NCBI GenBank assembly: GCA_963707985.1
Contig: CAVPRW010000048.1
Span: 1-64,000, forward strand
Origin: an uncultured Nitrospinota bacterium
GTDB taxonomy: Bacteria; Tectomicrobia; Entotheonellia; J063; CAVPRW01
Direction: 5' to 3'
Length of the DNA: 64,000 bases
Part shown: positions 9,400-19,014 of the stretch, piece after piece
Layout: each line of letters starts with the position of its first letter
Position numbering within the stretch: position 1 is the first letter of the stretch
The notes under the pieces: model-generated
The model's input: only the letters and a program-made list of their open reading frames with translations
What the model was told of the DNA's origin: nothing
Database searches by the model: none
Translations under genes and position numbers: made by a program

Positions 9400-10602
9400 T
9401 CCACTCCCGGGGAAACCCTGCTGTTCTGGTGGCGCAAGGGGAGTCGGGTTTGCCAGGGCACGAGGTGCCCCTGGCCACATGGGGGGCAAAGGGTTGGATT
9501 CCAGCCCGGTCAATTGTTGGGAGCGGGTCGTCCAGTGCAGAGGCGGTGGCTCGGCTGGGGGAGGAGACTCAGGCACCGCGAGCAACTGGCGGCAACGCGC
9601 CAGGTTCTCGGCGCGATGGCGGTTACGGAGCCAACCGAAGTAGCGGATGCGCACGAAGCCCGCGGGCAGGATAGGCAGCAGGAAGCGGCGGATGAACTCG
9701 GCAGCATCGAGGGTCATGACCCGCTGTTGGTTGTGGTGGCGATCATCCTTCCAGCGGCAAGAGACGTTCCCCTCTGCGCATGTGAGCAAGCGATGATTGG
9801 AGATGGCGACGTGGTGGGTGTAACGGCCGAGATACGCCAACACCTGGGCGGGACCACCGAAGGGGGGTTTGGCATAGACGACCCATGCGGTGTGGCGACA
9901 GCGGTCGAGCACGCGGGCGAACCCTTGCGGCGCAGCGAGGGGCTGCAGTTGCCCATGCAACTGTCGCTGGTGTTGATCAAACGCCTGTTGTCAGCCCTCG
10001 AGAAACAGACGGCGACAGAGGCGGGACAAGACACGGACGGGCCGCAAGAAGCCCTTGCGGCACGAGATCCAACGCGGGCCATCGGGGGAGAGTCCGCCAG
10101 CGGGAACGACGCAAGGCACATGGGGATGATGGCGCAGCGTCTGCCCCCAGGTGTGGCGGATGGCGAGCAAGCCGATACGGGCGCCCAGGTGTTGGGGGTC
10201 GGCGGCTATGCGGAGTAAGGTGTCCGAAGCCGTCCGGAACAGCCGGTTGGACATCACCTGTTGGTTTTGCAGCGCCAGGGGAGCCAGGGAGTCGGGCAGG
10301 GTAAAGACGACATGACAAGACTCGACGGGCAAGAGTTCGGCCTGGCGATCCTCCAACCACTGAGCGTTAGCCAGGGACTGACACTTGGGGCCATGACGGT
10401 TGCGACAAGAGTTGGAGGCGATGGTGTGGTGACCGCCGTGGTCGCACGGCTCCACATGGCCACCCAGGGCGGCAGTGCGACAGCGTTCGATGGCCCGCCT
10501 GGCGCGCCGCTGTTGTGGGGACAGCGAGGCCCCGTGCATGTCCTGGTACGCGGGTCCATCCTGGCGGAAGATATCGGCGACTTCCAGAAGTGGTGCGGCC
10601 AT
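9400..10602 (-). pseudogene. IS91-family (Y2/HUH) transposase, frameshifted
   Basis: CRTAALGGH...NSCRNRH Zn-binding region, HTWGQTLRHHPHVPC, YLGRYTHHVAISNHRL, FIRRFLLPILPAGFVRIRYFG. The 3' end is approximate. Confidence 0.88.
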
Positions 10603-10611
10603 GGGTGTGCC

Positions 10612-11459
10612 TCAGGGGTGGGGAGGCAGCGGCAGCGCGTCAACGGGGCTGACGGTCGCGGCCACAGTGGTGGCCGCGACATGCGTGTCAAGGGCGGTGG
10701 TGCGCAGGCTGTTGTGGCCGAGCCGGAGTTGGATGGTCCGGATGTCGGTGCCCGCTTCCAGCAGATGCGTGGCCAAGCGGTGGCGCAGCGTATGGGCGGT
10801 GACCTTTGTGCCTAAGCCAGCGTCCTGGCAGGCGCGCAGGCAGACATCCTGCCGGGTGCGAGCGCCGATGGGCTGCTGGGGAGACTTTCCCGGAAACAGC
10901 CAGTCGGTGGGACGCACGGCTTTCCCGTACGGGCGCAGCCACGTGAGCCATGTCGGCGAGCGCATGACAGAACGATCCTTCTGGCCTTTGCCCTGCCGGA
11001 TCCGAAGCGTCATGCGTTGGGAATCGATGTCAGACACGTGCAAGTGAAGGACCTCGGAGACGCGCAGACCGGCGGCATACGCGGTGGAGAGAGCCATGTG
11101 ATACGTGAGGTGGGTGAGGGCTCCTAGAAACTGCGCGACTGCGGCAGGGCTCAAGACGACAGGGAGTTGATGTGCCTTGCGCGGAAACGGGATGTGGGGA
11201 TGGCCCAGTCTTTCCCGAGGGTGATGCGGTAGAGGAAGCGCAGGGCACAGACGCGCTGGTTGAAACGACTCCAGGAGACCTGCTTGTCGTGCACCAGATA
11301 CCGTTGATCCGCACGAATGTCTTCCGCCCCGAGCCGTTCAGGGGACCTTCTGAAGTGCCTGGCAGAGAGGGACACACACTCGACCTAGAGGCGCTGGGTT
11401 TTCGGGGAGAGATGGCGTACCTGCATGTCTTCGACGTAACGCTGACGTCAGGGTGTCAT
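10612..11459 (-). pseudogene. Tyrosine recombinase (IS91-associated type, not IntI), inactivated
   Basis: MTP*RQRYVEDMQVR start with AGGAG RBS; GLRVSE, HTLRH and LGH motifs. Catalytic Tyr is now Asp; stops and a frameshift are present; the IntI-specific insertion is absent. Confidence 0.88.
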
Positions 11460-11502
11460 GACAGGCTCCTTTCCAGGAAACATCATGTTGTTCGGGAACA
11501 CC

Positions 11503-11509
11503 GTTAGAC
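11503..11509 (+). other. Cassette core site GTTAGAC without a preceding attC hairpin
   Basis: Exact complement of GTCTAAC (12554-12560), which ends the same cassette. Confidence 0.75.
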
Positions 11510-11549
11510 GCTGGCCCATGGAGATACCCAAGGAAAGGAGCAAAGCGTT

Positions 11550-12458
11550 ATGAGACAGGAGATCGCGTTCAATGCCGAAGGGGTGACCTTACGGGGTTGG
11601 CTCTACCTGCCAGACCGCGCGACAGGACCGTGCCCACGGTCGTCATGGCGCATGGCTTTTCTGCGGTGAAGGAAATGTATCTCGACGCCTTCGCGGAGGT
11701 CTTTGTCCAGGCCGGGGTTGGCGTGCACTCGTCTTCGACAACCGCAACTTTGGTGCCAGTGACGGCGAACCCCGCCAGGAGATCGATCCCTGGCAACAGG
11801 TGCGAGGACTACCGGCATGCCATCACCTACGCCTGCACGCTCCCGACGGTCGACGCGACCCGCATCGGGATTTGGGGGTCCAGCTACAGCGGCGGCCATG
11901 TGCTCGTCGTCGGGGCCATCGACCGCCGGGTCCGCTGCGTCGTCGCGCAGGTGCCCTTGATCAGTGGCCACCGCAATGCTCGCCGGCTCATCCGGGCGGA
12001 TTTCATCGCCCCGGTGCAGGCGCAATGTGACGAGGACCGCCGCCGCCGTTTTGCGGGGGAACCGCCAGCGATGATCCCGGTCGTGGCCGAGAACCCGCTC
12101 GCGCCCTGTGCGTTGCCGACGGCAGACTCCTGGCAGTGGTTTACCGAGACGGGCCGCACGCGGGCGCCCGCGTGGCGCAACGAGGTCACCTTACGCTCGG
12201 TCGAGATGTTCATGGAATACGAACCGGGGATGCTACATTGGGTGGGTGAGTCCCACACCGCTCCTGCTGGTCGTGGCGCGCGACGATCACCTGACGGTCG
12301 CTGACGAAGCCCTCGCCGCATACAACCAGGCACTCGAACCAAAGAAACTCGTGCTGGTGCCGGGCGGCCATTTCGACGCGTATGTGGCGGGGTTTGCGGT
12401 GGCAAGCACGGCGGCGCGTGACTGGTTCGTGGACCACTTGCAGTCCGCCAGGCCATAG
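11550..12458 (+). pseudogene. Alpha/beta hydrolase (S15/S9-like), frameshifted
   Basis: MRQEIAFNAEGVTLRGWLY...VMAHGFS...GIWGSSYSGG...GGHFDAY spread across frames. Confidence 0.85.
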
Positions 12459-12553
12459 CCCTGACAGGTCCTGTGTCCAGACGACACACAGACATCGTGT
12501 GCGGCGAGGAAGGGGAGCGGTGCAAGGCACCAGAGTCCCTCTCCACACACAGC

Positions 12554-12641
12554 GTCTAACTTGGGCGTGCAGGCGACGGGGAACAGCCTACGTTCGTTCC
12601 TCACTTCGGCTGCTCCCCGCGCCTGACGCCTAGCGTTAGCT
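12554..12641 (+). other. attC site
   Basis: GTCTAAC...GTTAGCT, stem caggcg-cgggga / tccccgcgcctg. Confidence 0.92.
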
Positions 12642-12686
12642 TGCAATGAATTCACTCCGGTCACTGTCCAAAGAAAGTAGCCACTT

Positions 12687-13787
12687 ATGAGCCTCGTCGG
12701 GCACCTTGTCACGCGCTTCGCAGCGCATCCTGAGAACCTCGCCACCGAGGCTCTTGCTTACATCTTGCGAGAGTCTCGGGCAGCGCGACTTGCCTTCATC
12801 ACGCACCTTTCCGAGTTCGTCCAAGACCTCCCGATGGACCTAGCATTTCGGACTCAGGCAGCGGGCGATGACAACGCGATTCCGGACCTCGTAGGCATTG
12901 ATGAGATTGGACGCCAGCTAGTCATTGCGGAGGCCAAGTTCTGGGCAGGCCTTACCGCCCATCAGCCGTCTACCTACCTCAAGCGGCTGCCACCTGACTG
13001 TCCTGGACTCCTCGTATTCATTGTTCCGGAAGCTCGCTTCCAGACTTTGTGGCCAGAATTATTACGTCGATGTGGGGTCATGAGTGTATTGCAACAGCAG
13101 CCCACTCTGGAGCAAGAGCGACGACGATTGCAGGTCAGCGAGCATCATTCGCTCGCTCTGACCTCATGGCGAGCCGTCATACGCCTGGTTGATGCCCGTC
13201 TCGCCGTGACCGGTGAAGACCGCGTCCGCGCTGATCTACAACAACTGGCTGGCCTTTGTGACCGTATGGACTCGGAGGCCTTTCTCCCGATCAGATCAGA
13301 GGAACTCTCGCCCCTCATTGGCAGACGTATCATCCAGTACTGCGACCTCATCAACGATGTCGTCGCGCAACTCACTCGCCATGGCGTCGCCAATACGAGG
13401 GGACTGCGAACAACTGGGACGCCTGGCCGTTGGGGACGATTCATACGCATTCGTGGCAATGGGTGCTTGCTGTATTTCTTCGCACACGCGTGGGCAAGTT
13501 ACCGAGAAACACCGCTCTGGCTCTGGGTCAAGGACCACCATTGGCAGACCACAGCGGAGATCAGGACTGCTCTCGTTCCGCTTGAACACGAAGTGCCGTC
13601 GCGACTCGTCACTGATCCCGATGGTCAACTGTTGGTGCCCCTCTTTTTGTTGACAGGGGCTGACCGGGACGCTGTCATAGCAGATCTCGCCGCGCAGATT
13701 CGTCAAGTCGCGGGGCTTCTTCCGGACCATACATCCGAGCCTGCTACAGAGCAGCCTCCTGAGCCAGAAGTCGGTGGTGCCAGCTAA
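12687..13787 (+). CDS. Hypothetical protein with an N-terminal PD-(D/E)XK nuclease domain
   Basis: ENLATEALAY...IPDLVG...IAEAKFWAGLT..QP..Y; the stop codon lies in the attC inverse core. Confidence 0.75.
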   Translation: MSLVGHLVTRFAAHPENLATEALAYILRESRAARLAFITHLSEFVQDLPMDLAFRTQAAGDDNAIPDLVGIDEIGRQLVIAEAKFWAGLTAHQPSTYLKRLPPDCPGLLVFIVPEARFQTLWPELLRRCGVMSVLQQQPTLEQERRRLQVSEHHSLALTSWRAVIRLVDARLAVTGEDRVRADLQQLAGLCDRMDSEAFLPIRSEELSPLIGRRIIQYCDLINDVVAQLTRHGVANTRGLRTTGTPGRWGRFIRIRGNGCLLYFFAHAWASYRETPLWLWVKDHHWQTTAEIRTALVPLEHEVPSRLVTDPDGQLLVPLFLLTGADRDAVIADLAAQIRQVAGLLPDHTSEPATEQPPEPEVGGAS

Positions 13788-14627
13788 CCACGCACTGGAG
13801 GTGCGATCCGTTTCCCTGAAACTACGGCCTACCGAGACCGTGGAGGATAGGGGGCTAGATCGATTGATCTTTGACAACTCAATCTCCGTGCAGGTATCAT
13901 TCCTGTCCCTTTGGTGTCGAGGTGAAAGCATATCCCCTGCGGTAGCGACTGACCATCAATCCGCAAAGCGGGGATAAAAGGCGGTCACTCAGAATCCGAC
14001 TGAGAATCCCGTCGAGCAGAGCTGAATACGGATAGGCACACGAACCCATGATTGAATCGTCGTTACGTGGGAGTAGCCTACGCGGATTATCGGCTACGGC
14101 CAAAATGGCAAGGATAGGGGCTGAGCGGGTCTGCAGCCGACTCAGAGACACCCCCGAGAAACCCGGCGAAGAGTGGGGTCCTACGTTCAGCGATAAACGG
14201 AGATTGGGAACGGAGTAACCCCGTGTCGCGCTCCCCTGAGGAGCAGGTGTCAGCCGGCTACGGCACGGTGGTGGGATTTCCCAAGAAGCCAAGGCCGTGA
14301 GGAAAGCTCGCGGATATGCTGACGTGGGGACGGTGATATGTCGGTGATCGGGACCAGTAGCGCTGGAGAAGCCGTGAGCACGCCATTGAGCGATGTAGGG
14401 ATGACCCGCGAGGGAGAGGCGCCAACGTGCAGATCACAAGCCCGGCAGGGTGCCCATGACAAGGGGCGTATCACTGAGGAGCCGGATGAAGGGAAACTTT
14501 CACGTACGGTTTTGAAGCAGAGGCGGGGGGAGTGATCCCCTCGTCGACTGTAACCCGACCGCCTACAGCCTCGGCTCCGCTGCGCTCCGCCTGCGCTTCC
14601 GGCGGCGGCTTAGGCCTGGCGTTGTGC
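13782..14627 (+). other. attC site split by a group II intron (13782-13800 + 14555-14627)
   Basis: Removing 13801-14554 gives AGCTAACcacgcactggag|ccgaccgcctacagcc...GTTGTGC, collinear with attC 7930-8017. Confidence 0.92.
13801..14554 (+). mobile_element. ORF-less group II intron (IIB, chloroplast-like class probable)
   Basis: 5' GTGCG; 34-nt domain V with AGC triad and GAAA loop at 14479-14512; domain VI hairpin; 3' end ...AAC; vestigial 65-aa IEP remnant at 14338-14535. Confidence 0.93.
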
Positions 14628-14705
14628 AGCTTGAAATAGCGGAAGCTTATCGAGAACCCACATCTGTAGGCTCGTCTCCCCGCAGCAAGGGGCGTGAGGC
14701 GCAGA

Positions 14706-15272
14706 ATGGCGTCCATCTCGGAAGAGCAGACGTCTCAAATCATCGCCCTGCTCCAGCGCGGACAGGCCAGCCGTGAGGAAATCGCCGCCAACGTGGGCGT
14801 CTCTTCTGGGACGGTCAGTGCCATCAAAGCCCACATCAGCCTGGGGACCTATGGAGAACCGGCTTCGGAGAGAGCAACCAATGCATTGATCGAGGCCTCC
14901 GAAGCAACGTTTGGTCTTGAGCGCGACCTCCAGCTTGCCCTCCGCTCCGACAGCGAGCCACTTGACCCTGGCCTCCACATCATTGATGATGGCAAAGAAC
15001 GTATGACTGAAGCCGGTCGGATCGATATGACAGCCCAAGATACTCAGCATGTCATCGTGGTGATCGAACTGAAAGCCGGTACGGCTGCTCCCGAAGCGCT
15101 CACCCAGCTCTTGGCGTATAGGGGCGCTGTTGGCCAGCAAGACCAGCGCTCAGTGCGTGGCGTGCTGATCGCGGGTGATGTTCACCCTCGGGTGGTTTTT
15201 GCCGCACGAGCGGTGCCACATGTTCAGCTTCGACGGTACCGTTTCAAGTTCACCTTTGAATCGGTTGCGTGA
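14706..15272 (+). CDS. HTH + NucS/EndoMS-like endonuclease domain protein
   Basis: SREEIAANVGVSSGTVS HTH; LERDLQ...GRIDMTAQD...VVIELKAG...QLLAY. Confidence 0.82.
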   Translation: MASISEEQTSQIIALLQRGQASREEIAANVGVSSGTVSAIKAHISLGTYGEPASERATNALIEASEATFGLERDLQLALRSDSEPLDPGLHIIDDGKERMTEAGRIDMTAQDTQHVIVVIELKAGTAAPEALTQLLAYRGAVGQQDQRSVRGVLIAGDVHPRVVFAARAVPHVQLRRYRFKFTFESVA

Positions 15273-15289
15273 CTCAAGAAGGACAAGCT

Positions 15290-15352
15290 GCACAACCAGG
15301 CGCTGCAGCCGACGCGCAACAATCCGCGCGCGGCTGAGCTATCACGTTAGAT
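15290..15352 (+). other. attC site
   Basis: GCACAAC...GTTAGAT, stem cagccg-cgcgc / gcgcgcggctg. Confidence 0.92.
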
Positions 15353-15356
15353 ATCA

Positions 15357-15866
15357 ATGAGTGATTTTCCTGACGATTTACAAGAACTGTACTGCAAGTA
15401 CGGCCGAACCGCCGAGATGGCTCAAGTCATGGAACTCGAGGCGGGCAACCTTGCGCTCGCGTACGTCTCTTTGATGTTCGACCCGCAAACCATTACTGAG
15501 GAAGAGCGCCGCATTTTCCAATCTGTTATCGATGATGTAGATAAACGCACATTCGGCAATCTGCTGAACCAGATCCGAAAGATGGCGACCATTAGCGAAG
15601 AAATAGAGAAGACGGTTACTGAAGCACTCGAAAAGCGCAATTACCTAATACACAGATTTTTCAAGACGCATAATTTTGCTATCAACTCTGAAGAAGGTAG
15701 AAAAGCCATGAATGCAGAGCTGGACGATATATATCGAGCACTCAATTTAGCCCATGCGGTTCTGTCTGGTATGACGCACACTTTTAACGAAGCGTTTGGG
15801 CGGCCCAATATTTCGGAGGAAGCAGCAATTGAATTGATGAAAAATGGGAAAAAGGTCGATATCTAA
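15357..15866 (+). CDS. Hypothetical helical protein (cassette)
   Basis: ORF exactly fills the cassette with its stop in the inverse core; RNYLIH resembles an RxxxxH (HEPN-like) motif. Confidence 0.75.
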   Translation: MSDFPDDLQELYCKYGRTAEMAQVMELEAGNLALAYVSLMFDPQTITEEERRIFQSVIDDVDKRTFGNLLNQIRKMATISEEIEKTVTEALEKRNYLIHRFFKTHNFAINSEEGRKAMNAELDDIYRALNLAHAVLSGMTHTFNEAFGRPNISEEAAIELMKNGKKVDI

Positions 15867-15918
15867 CAAGGGTTTGCAGCCGATCTCTTACAGCGGCGGC
15901 TGAAACCTAGCGTTAGGC
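15861..15918 (+). other. attC site (58 bp)
   Basis: ATCTAAC...GTTAGGC, arms ggtttgcagccg / cggctgaaacc. Confidence 0.92.
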
Positions 15919-15928
15919 AGCAACAGCC

Positions 15929-17896
15929 ATGGCACGCGTTTTGCTTCTGGTTCTATCGCTCGTAAGTGCATGCAGCGATGCAGCGCCTACAGATACGCTG
16001 AGTTTTCGGCTTGCGTGCGCCGAAGGCGCCTCGGTACCGAGCACAGAGGTTGGACATTATTCGTACTGGGCTGAATCGACTCCCTATGGTTCCGAGACGC
16101 AGCTATGCCTCATCGAGAAGGCATTTCTTGAGCCTGGTGCAGTTCAGTCAGCTGTCGCGGGAATATCCAAAGAAACATCTGAACCCACAATCACGCTTCG
16201 TCTCACCGCCGCCGCATCCTTGCAACTTGCGACCGTCACAAAGAACAATCGCTTTCGTCGCATGGCGCTTGTATTGAACGGCAGGGTTGTGTTCGCGGCG
16301 ACTATCGTCAATCCAATCGAAGATGGTGTGCTACAGATTCGTGGGTATAGTTACGAAGCGAGCCAGGAAATCGCTAGGCTCATCAACAAGGCAGGCAAGT
16401 CCAACGATCATTGGGTTCCACAGTTTTATCTCCGACGCTGGATAACCGGCCGTGACAAGAAACTCTCGGCGTTTTGGAGGGAAAGCAGCCGGGAACGGCA
16501 TGCGCGCTGTTCTCCAAGAGCAGTTCTGTCGGAGAATCATCTCTACAGCGTATACGGCGTAGATGGGGATTTCATCCATGGTGAATCACTAATTTTCCAA
16601 GAAATTGATAATGCAGCGGCACCGGCTTTCGAATATCTTGCAGATGGACACTGGAGAGAATTGCCCCAGGAGTTTGGTCCACCGCTTTACCGCTTTATCT
16701 ATACACTTCCGCCTCGTAGCAAGGACATGCGCGAGATCTTCATACAAGGGGATGAGCGCTTACGATCAGAACAGGTTAGCAAGTTTCGTAAAATGGGTGT
16801 TCCGGACGCTGATGAAAGAGTACAGCAGTTCTGGAGCCTATTTGCGAGTGCGCGAGACCGAGCGGCGTTCCAGATATTGGCTATCGCCAAGTTCAGTGAT
16901 GCATGGAATCAGTTCTTTGATAATATACCATTGTATGTCTACGACATTGGCGACGTTGACGCAGAGTTTTTCACGTCTGATGCCCCACTGTATAGCCACC
17001 CATCAATCAATGCTGAAGATGCTATCCACATTTTCCCGATTTCACCAAAGCGGTGCATAGTCGCGTCATATGAACCTGCAAATATTTCAAAACTTTCTGG
17101 CATGTCTCCACCAATCTTCGTCTCCGTTATGAATTCGTACACATTAAGTCGGGCGAACACCGCCATAGCTCGTGACCGTCGATATGAACGTGAGATCTTC
17201 AAATTTTTGGGTGCGTCGGTCAATCGCAACTATTGCTTGAATGCGATCGAGGAAATCTTTCAAGGGAAGCTGCGGATAGGTGTGGGATCAGAGGCGAAAG
17301 TTATATATGGGCGTGACACGGAGGAGTTATCACCATATAAAACGCATCGCGAGGCTTTTACAGCGGGAATTCGAGGCTGTGATTGGCTGGGCATCGAGCC
17401 AAATCGGTCTCTGCGGCCAATTGGTCCTTGTGAGCAACTCATTTTGTCAACCAGTGACTGGTATCTCGACACGTCTAGTAAGCGAGATGCCTACCAAATT
17501 GGGTGTGGATTGAGTTATGTGTTTTTCCAACTGGACGTGTGGAAGCAGCCCTTAGAAATTGCGTTGAAAATCCGGAAAGAACTACGGGTATACTCCGTTC
17601 GATTTGTACGAGAAACGCGCCAAAAAGGGGAAAACAGACCCTATGGACTCAATGAAGTTCTCAGCGAGTTTAGCCGGATTGTGGCCAACGATCTGAAGCA
17701 AATTTATGATGATCCATCAGATCATTCGCGTGAGGTCTGGCAATATGTGCAGCAGTGCGCGGCTTTGACCAATTCGCCAAGGCGTGGCGTCTACATTTTA
17801 AGCATAGTGCCCTTACGGATTAGGCAAGTGTGGGCTCGTGCTGTGCAGAAACTACGTGAAGTTTGGTGGCGAGGCAGACATCACGAAATCTCCTAG
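15929..17896 (+). CDS. Chimeric ORF: lipoprotein with SecDF P1-head-like domain fused to a DUF4238-like protein
   Basis: Lipobox VSAC; RMALVLNGRVVFAATIVNPIEDGVLQI; then HWVPQFYLRRW and FFTSDAP motifs. Confidence 0.7.
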   Translation: MARVLLLVLSLVSACSDAAPTDTLSFRLACAEGASVPSTEVGHYSYWAESTPYGSETQLCLIEKAFLEPGAVQSAVAGISKETSEPTITLRLTAAASLQLATVTKNNRFRRMALVLNGRVVFAATIVNPIEDGVLQIRGYSYEASQEIARLINKAGKSNDHWVPQFYLRRWITGRDKKLSAFWRESSRERHARCSPRAVLSENHLYSVYGVDGDFIHGESLIFQEIDNAAAPAFEYLADGHWRELPQEFGPPLYRFIYTLPPRSKDMREIFIQGDERLRSEQVSKFRKMGVPDADERVQQFWSLFASARDRAAFQILAIAKFSDAWNQFFDNIPLYVYDIGDVDAEFFTSDAPLYSHPSINAEDAIHIFPISPKRCIVASYEPANISKLSGMSPPIFVSVMNSYTLSRANTAIARDRRYEREIFKFLGASVNRNYCLNAIEEIFQGKLRIGVGSEAKVIYGRDTEELSPYKTHREAFTAGIRGCDWLGIEPNRSLRPIGPCEQLILSTSDWYLDTSSKRDAYQIGCGLSYVFFQLDVWKQPLEIALKIRKELRVYSVRFVRETRQKGENRPYGLNEVLSEFSRIVANDLKQIYDDPSDHSREVWQYVQQCAALTNSPRRGVYILSIVPLRIRQVWARAVQKLREVWWRGRHHEIS

Positions 17897-18045
17897 CCTC
17901 CTACACCTCTTTCAATAAAGCTTTCATTTGGCTGTCACTTTCCCTAGTATCTGGTTCGAGAAAATGGCCGAAGTTGAGTCTCATAGATGGCAGCCCCTCC
18001 GGAAAAGACATATTCACCGAATAAAATGCGCTCTCATAAAAAAGG

Positions 18046-18101
18046 AGCTAACAATTCAAGCCAGCCGACAGTAACACGGCGGCTAATTTCAAACGTCAGG
18101 T
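18046..18101 (+). other. attC site (core degenerate, GTCAGGT)
   Basis: AGCTAAC...agccg / cggct...GTCAGGT. Confidence 0.75.
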
Positions 18102-18192
18102 GCATTCCACCTTGTCAATCTTTCACGAACGTGCTTGATGCTTGCTTCATCTGGAGTTACAGTGAGGCGTACATGATGGAGGACGATGCCCT

Positions 18193-18459
18193 ATGGCCAT
18201 AGCAGGACTGCACTTGACAGAACAGGAACAAACTGCACTTGAGACCATGGCGCAACGCCTGGGCAAAACGCCAGACGAATTAGTCCACAACGCCGTGAAG
18301 CAATTGATCGCGCAATTTCAGTCGGAGGATCGCTTGAGTCTGCTGCGGCAAGCTCGCGGCATGTGGAAAGACCGGACCGATCTCCCTTTACTGGCCGACT
18401 TACGCCGCGAATGGGACCGGCAGACTGAGCCCGACAATGGCGACACGGCCGCTGATTGA
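18193..18459 (+). CDS. Antitoxin (CopG/RHH-like, VapB-type)
   Basis: Small ORF overlapping the PIN toxin; ARGMWKDRTD...LRREWDR tail. Confidence 0.8.
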   Translation: MAIAGLHLTEQEQTALETMAQRLGKTPDELVHNAVKQLIAQFQSEDRLSLLRQARGMWKDRTDLPLLADLRREWDRQTEPDNGDTAAD

Positions 18460-18865
18460 CACGGATGTCTTGATCGATTATCTGCGCGACTACCCCGACG
18501 CGGTCAGCTATGTGGAGGCGCAGCAAGAACGCCTGCTCATCTCTGTGGTGACCGTGGCAGAGTTGTATGCTGGCGTGCGTGAAGGGGAGGAACGGTCGCG
18601 TCTGGAGCGTTTCCTGCAGGCGTTTGAAATCATTCCACTCGATCAGGGCTTGGCGGTCCAAGGCGGTCTCTATCGCCGTGACTACAGCAAGAGTCACAAT
18701 GTAGGGCTGGCAGATGCCCTCATTGCTGCGACGGCGATGCGGCGGCAGGTCCCACTGGTGACGCTCAACCAGAAGCATTTTCCCATGCTCCAGGACGTGA
18801 TTGTGCCGTACCACAAGGCGCAGCCCAACCCCGCACCTAACCAGGGCATGGAGCCGACGCGGTAA
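18437..18865 (+). CDS. vapC: PIN-domain toxin
   Basis: LIDTDVLIDYLR, ELYAG, LADALIAATA, LVTLNQKHF. Confidence 0.92.
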   Translation: MATRPLIDTDVLIDYLRDYPDAVSYVEAQQERLLISVVTVAELYAGVREGEERSRLERFLQAFEIIPLDQGLAVQGGLYRRDYSKSHNVGLADALIAATAMRRQVPLVTLNQKHFPMLQDVIVPYHKAQPNPAPNQGMEPTR

Positions 18866-18893
18866 ACCGCGCAGCTCATGCCCAGCGTTAGGT
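18835..18893 (+). other. attC site
   Basis: ACCTAAC...GTTAGGT; paralog of 6933-6992. Confidence 0.92.
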
Positions 18894-19014
18894 GCCTGCG
18901 GCACAGAGGGAAAAACACCAAGAACCAGCAGTGATACGTCGGAGGTAATGCGATGCCTGTTTCCACAAGTCCGGTGGACAACGTCATGAGGCCTTCTGTC
19001 AGGCAGGAGATGTC

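Larger units (their letters stand above)
9020..11502 (-). mobile_element. Decayed IS91-like element carrying an upstream tyrosine recombinase
   Basis: Recombinase plus Zn-binding/HUH transposase pair. The oriIS-like end (bottom strand ...AATCCTATTC|GTTC) has a hairpin at 9026-9103; the other end has short palindromes. Confidence 0.75.

Noticed and set aside
10612..11459. Recombinase as the integron integrase intI
   Set aside because: It lacks the IntI-specific insertion, is coupled to an IS91-type transposase, and is catalytically dead.
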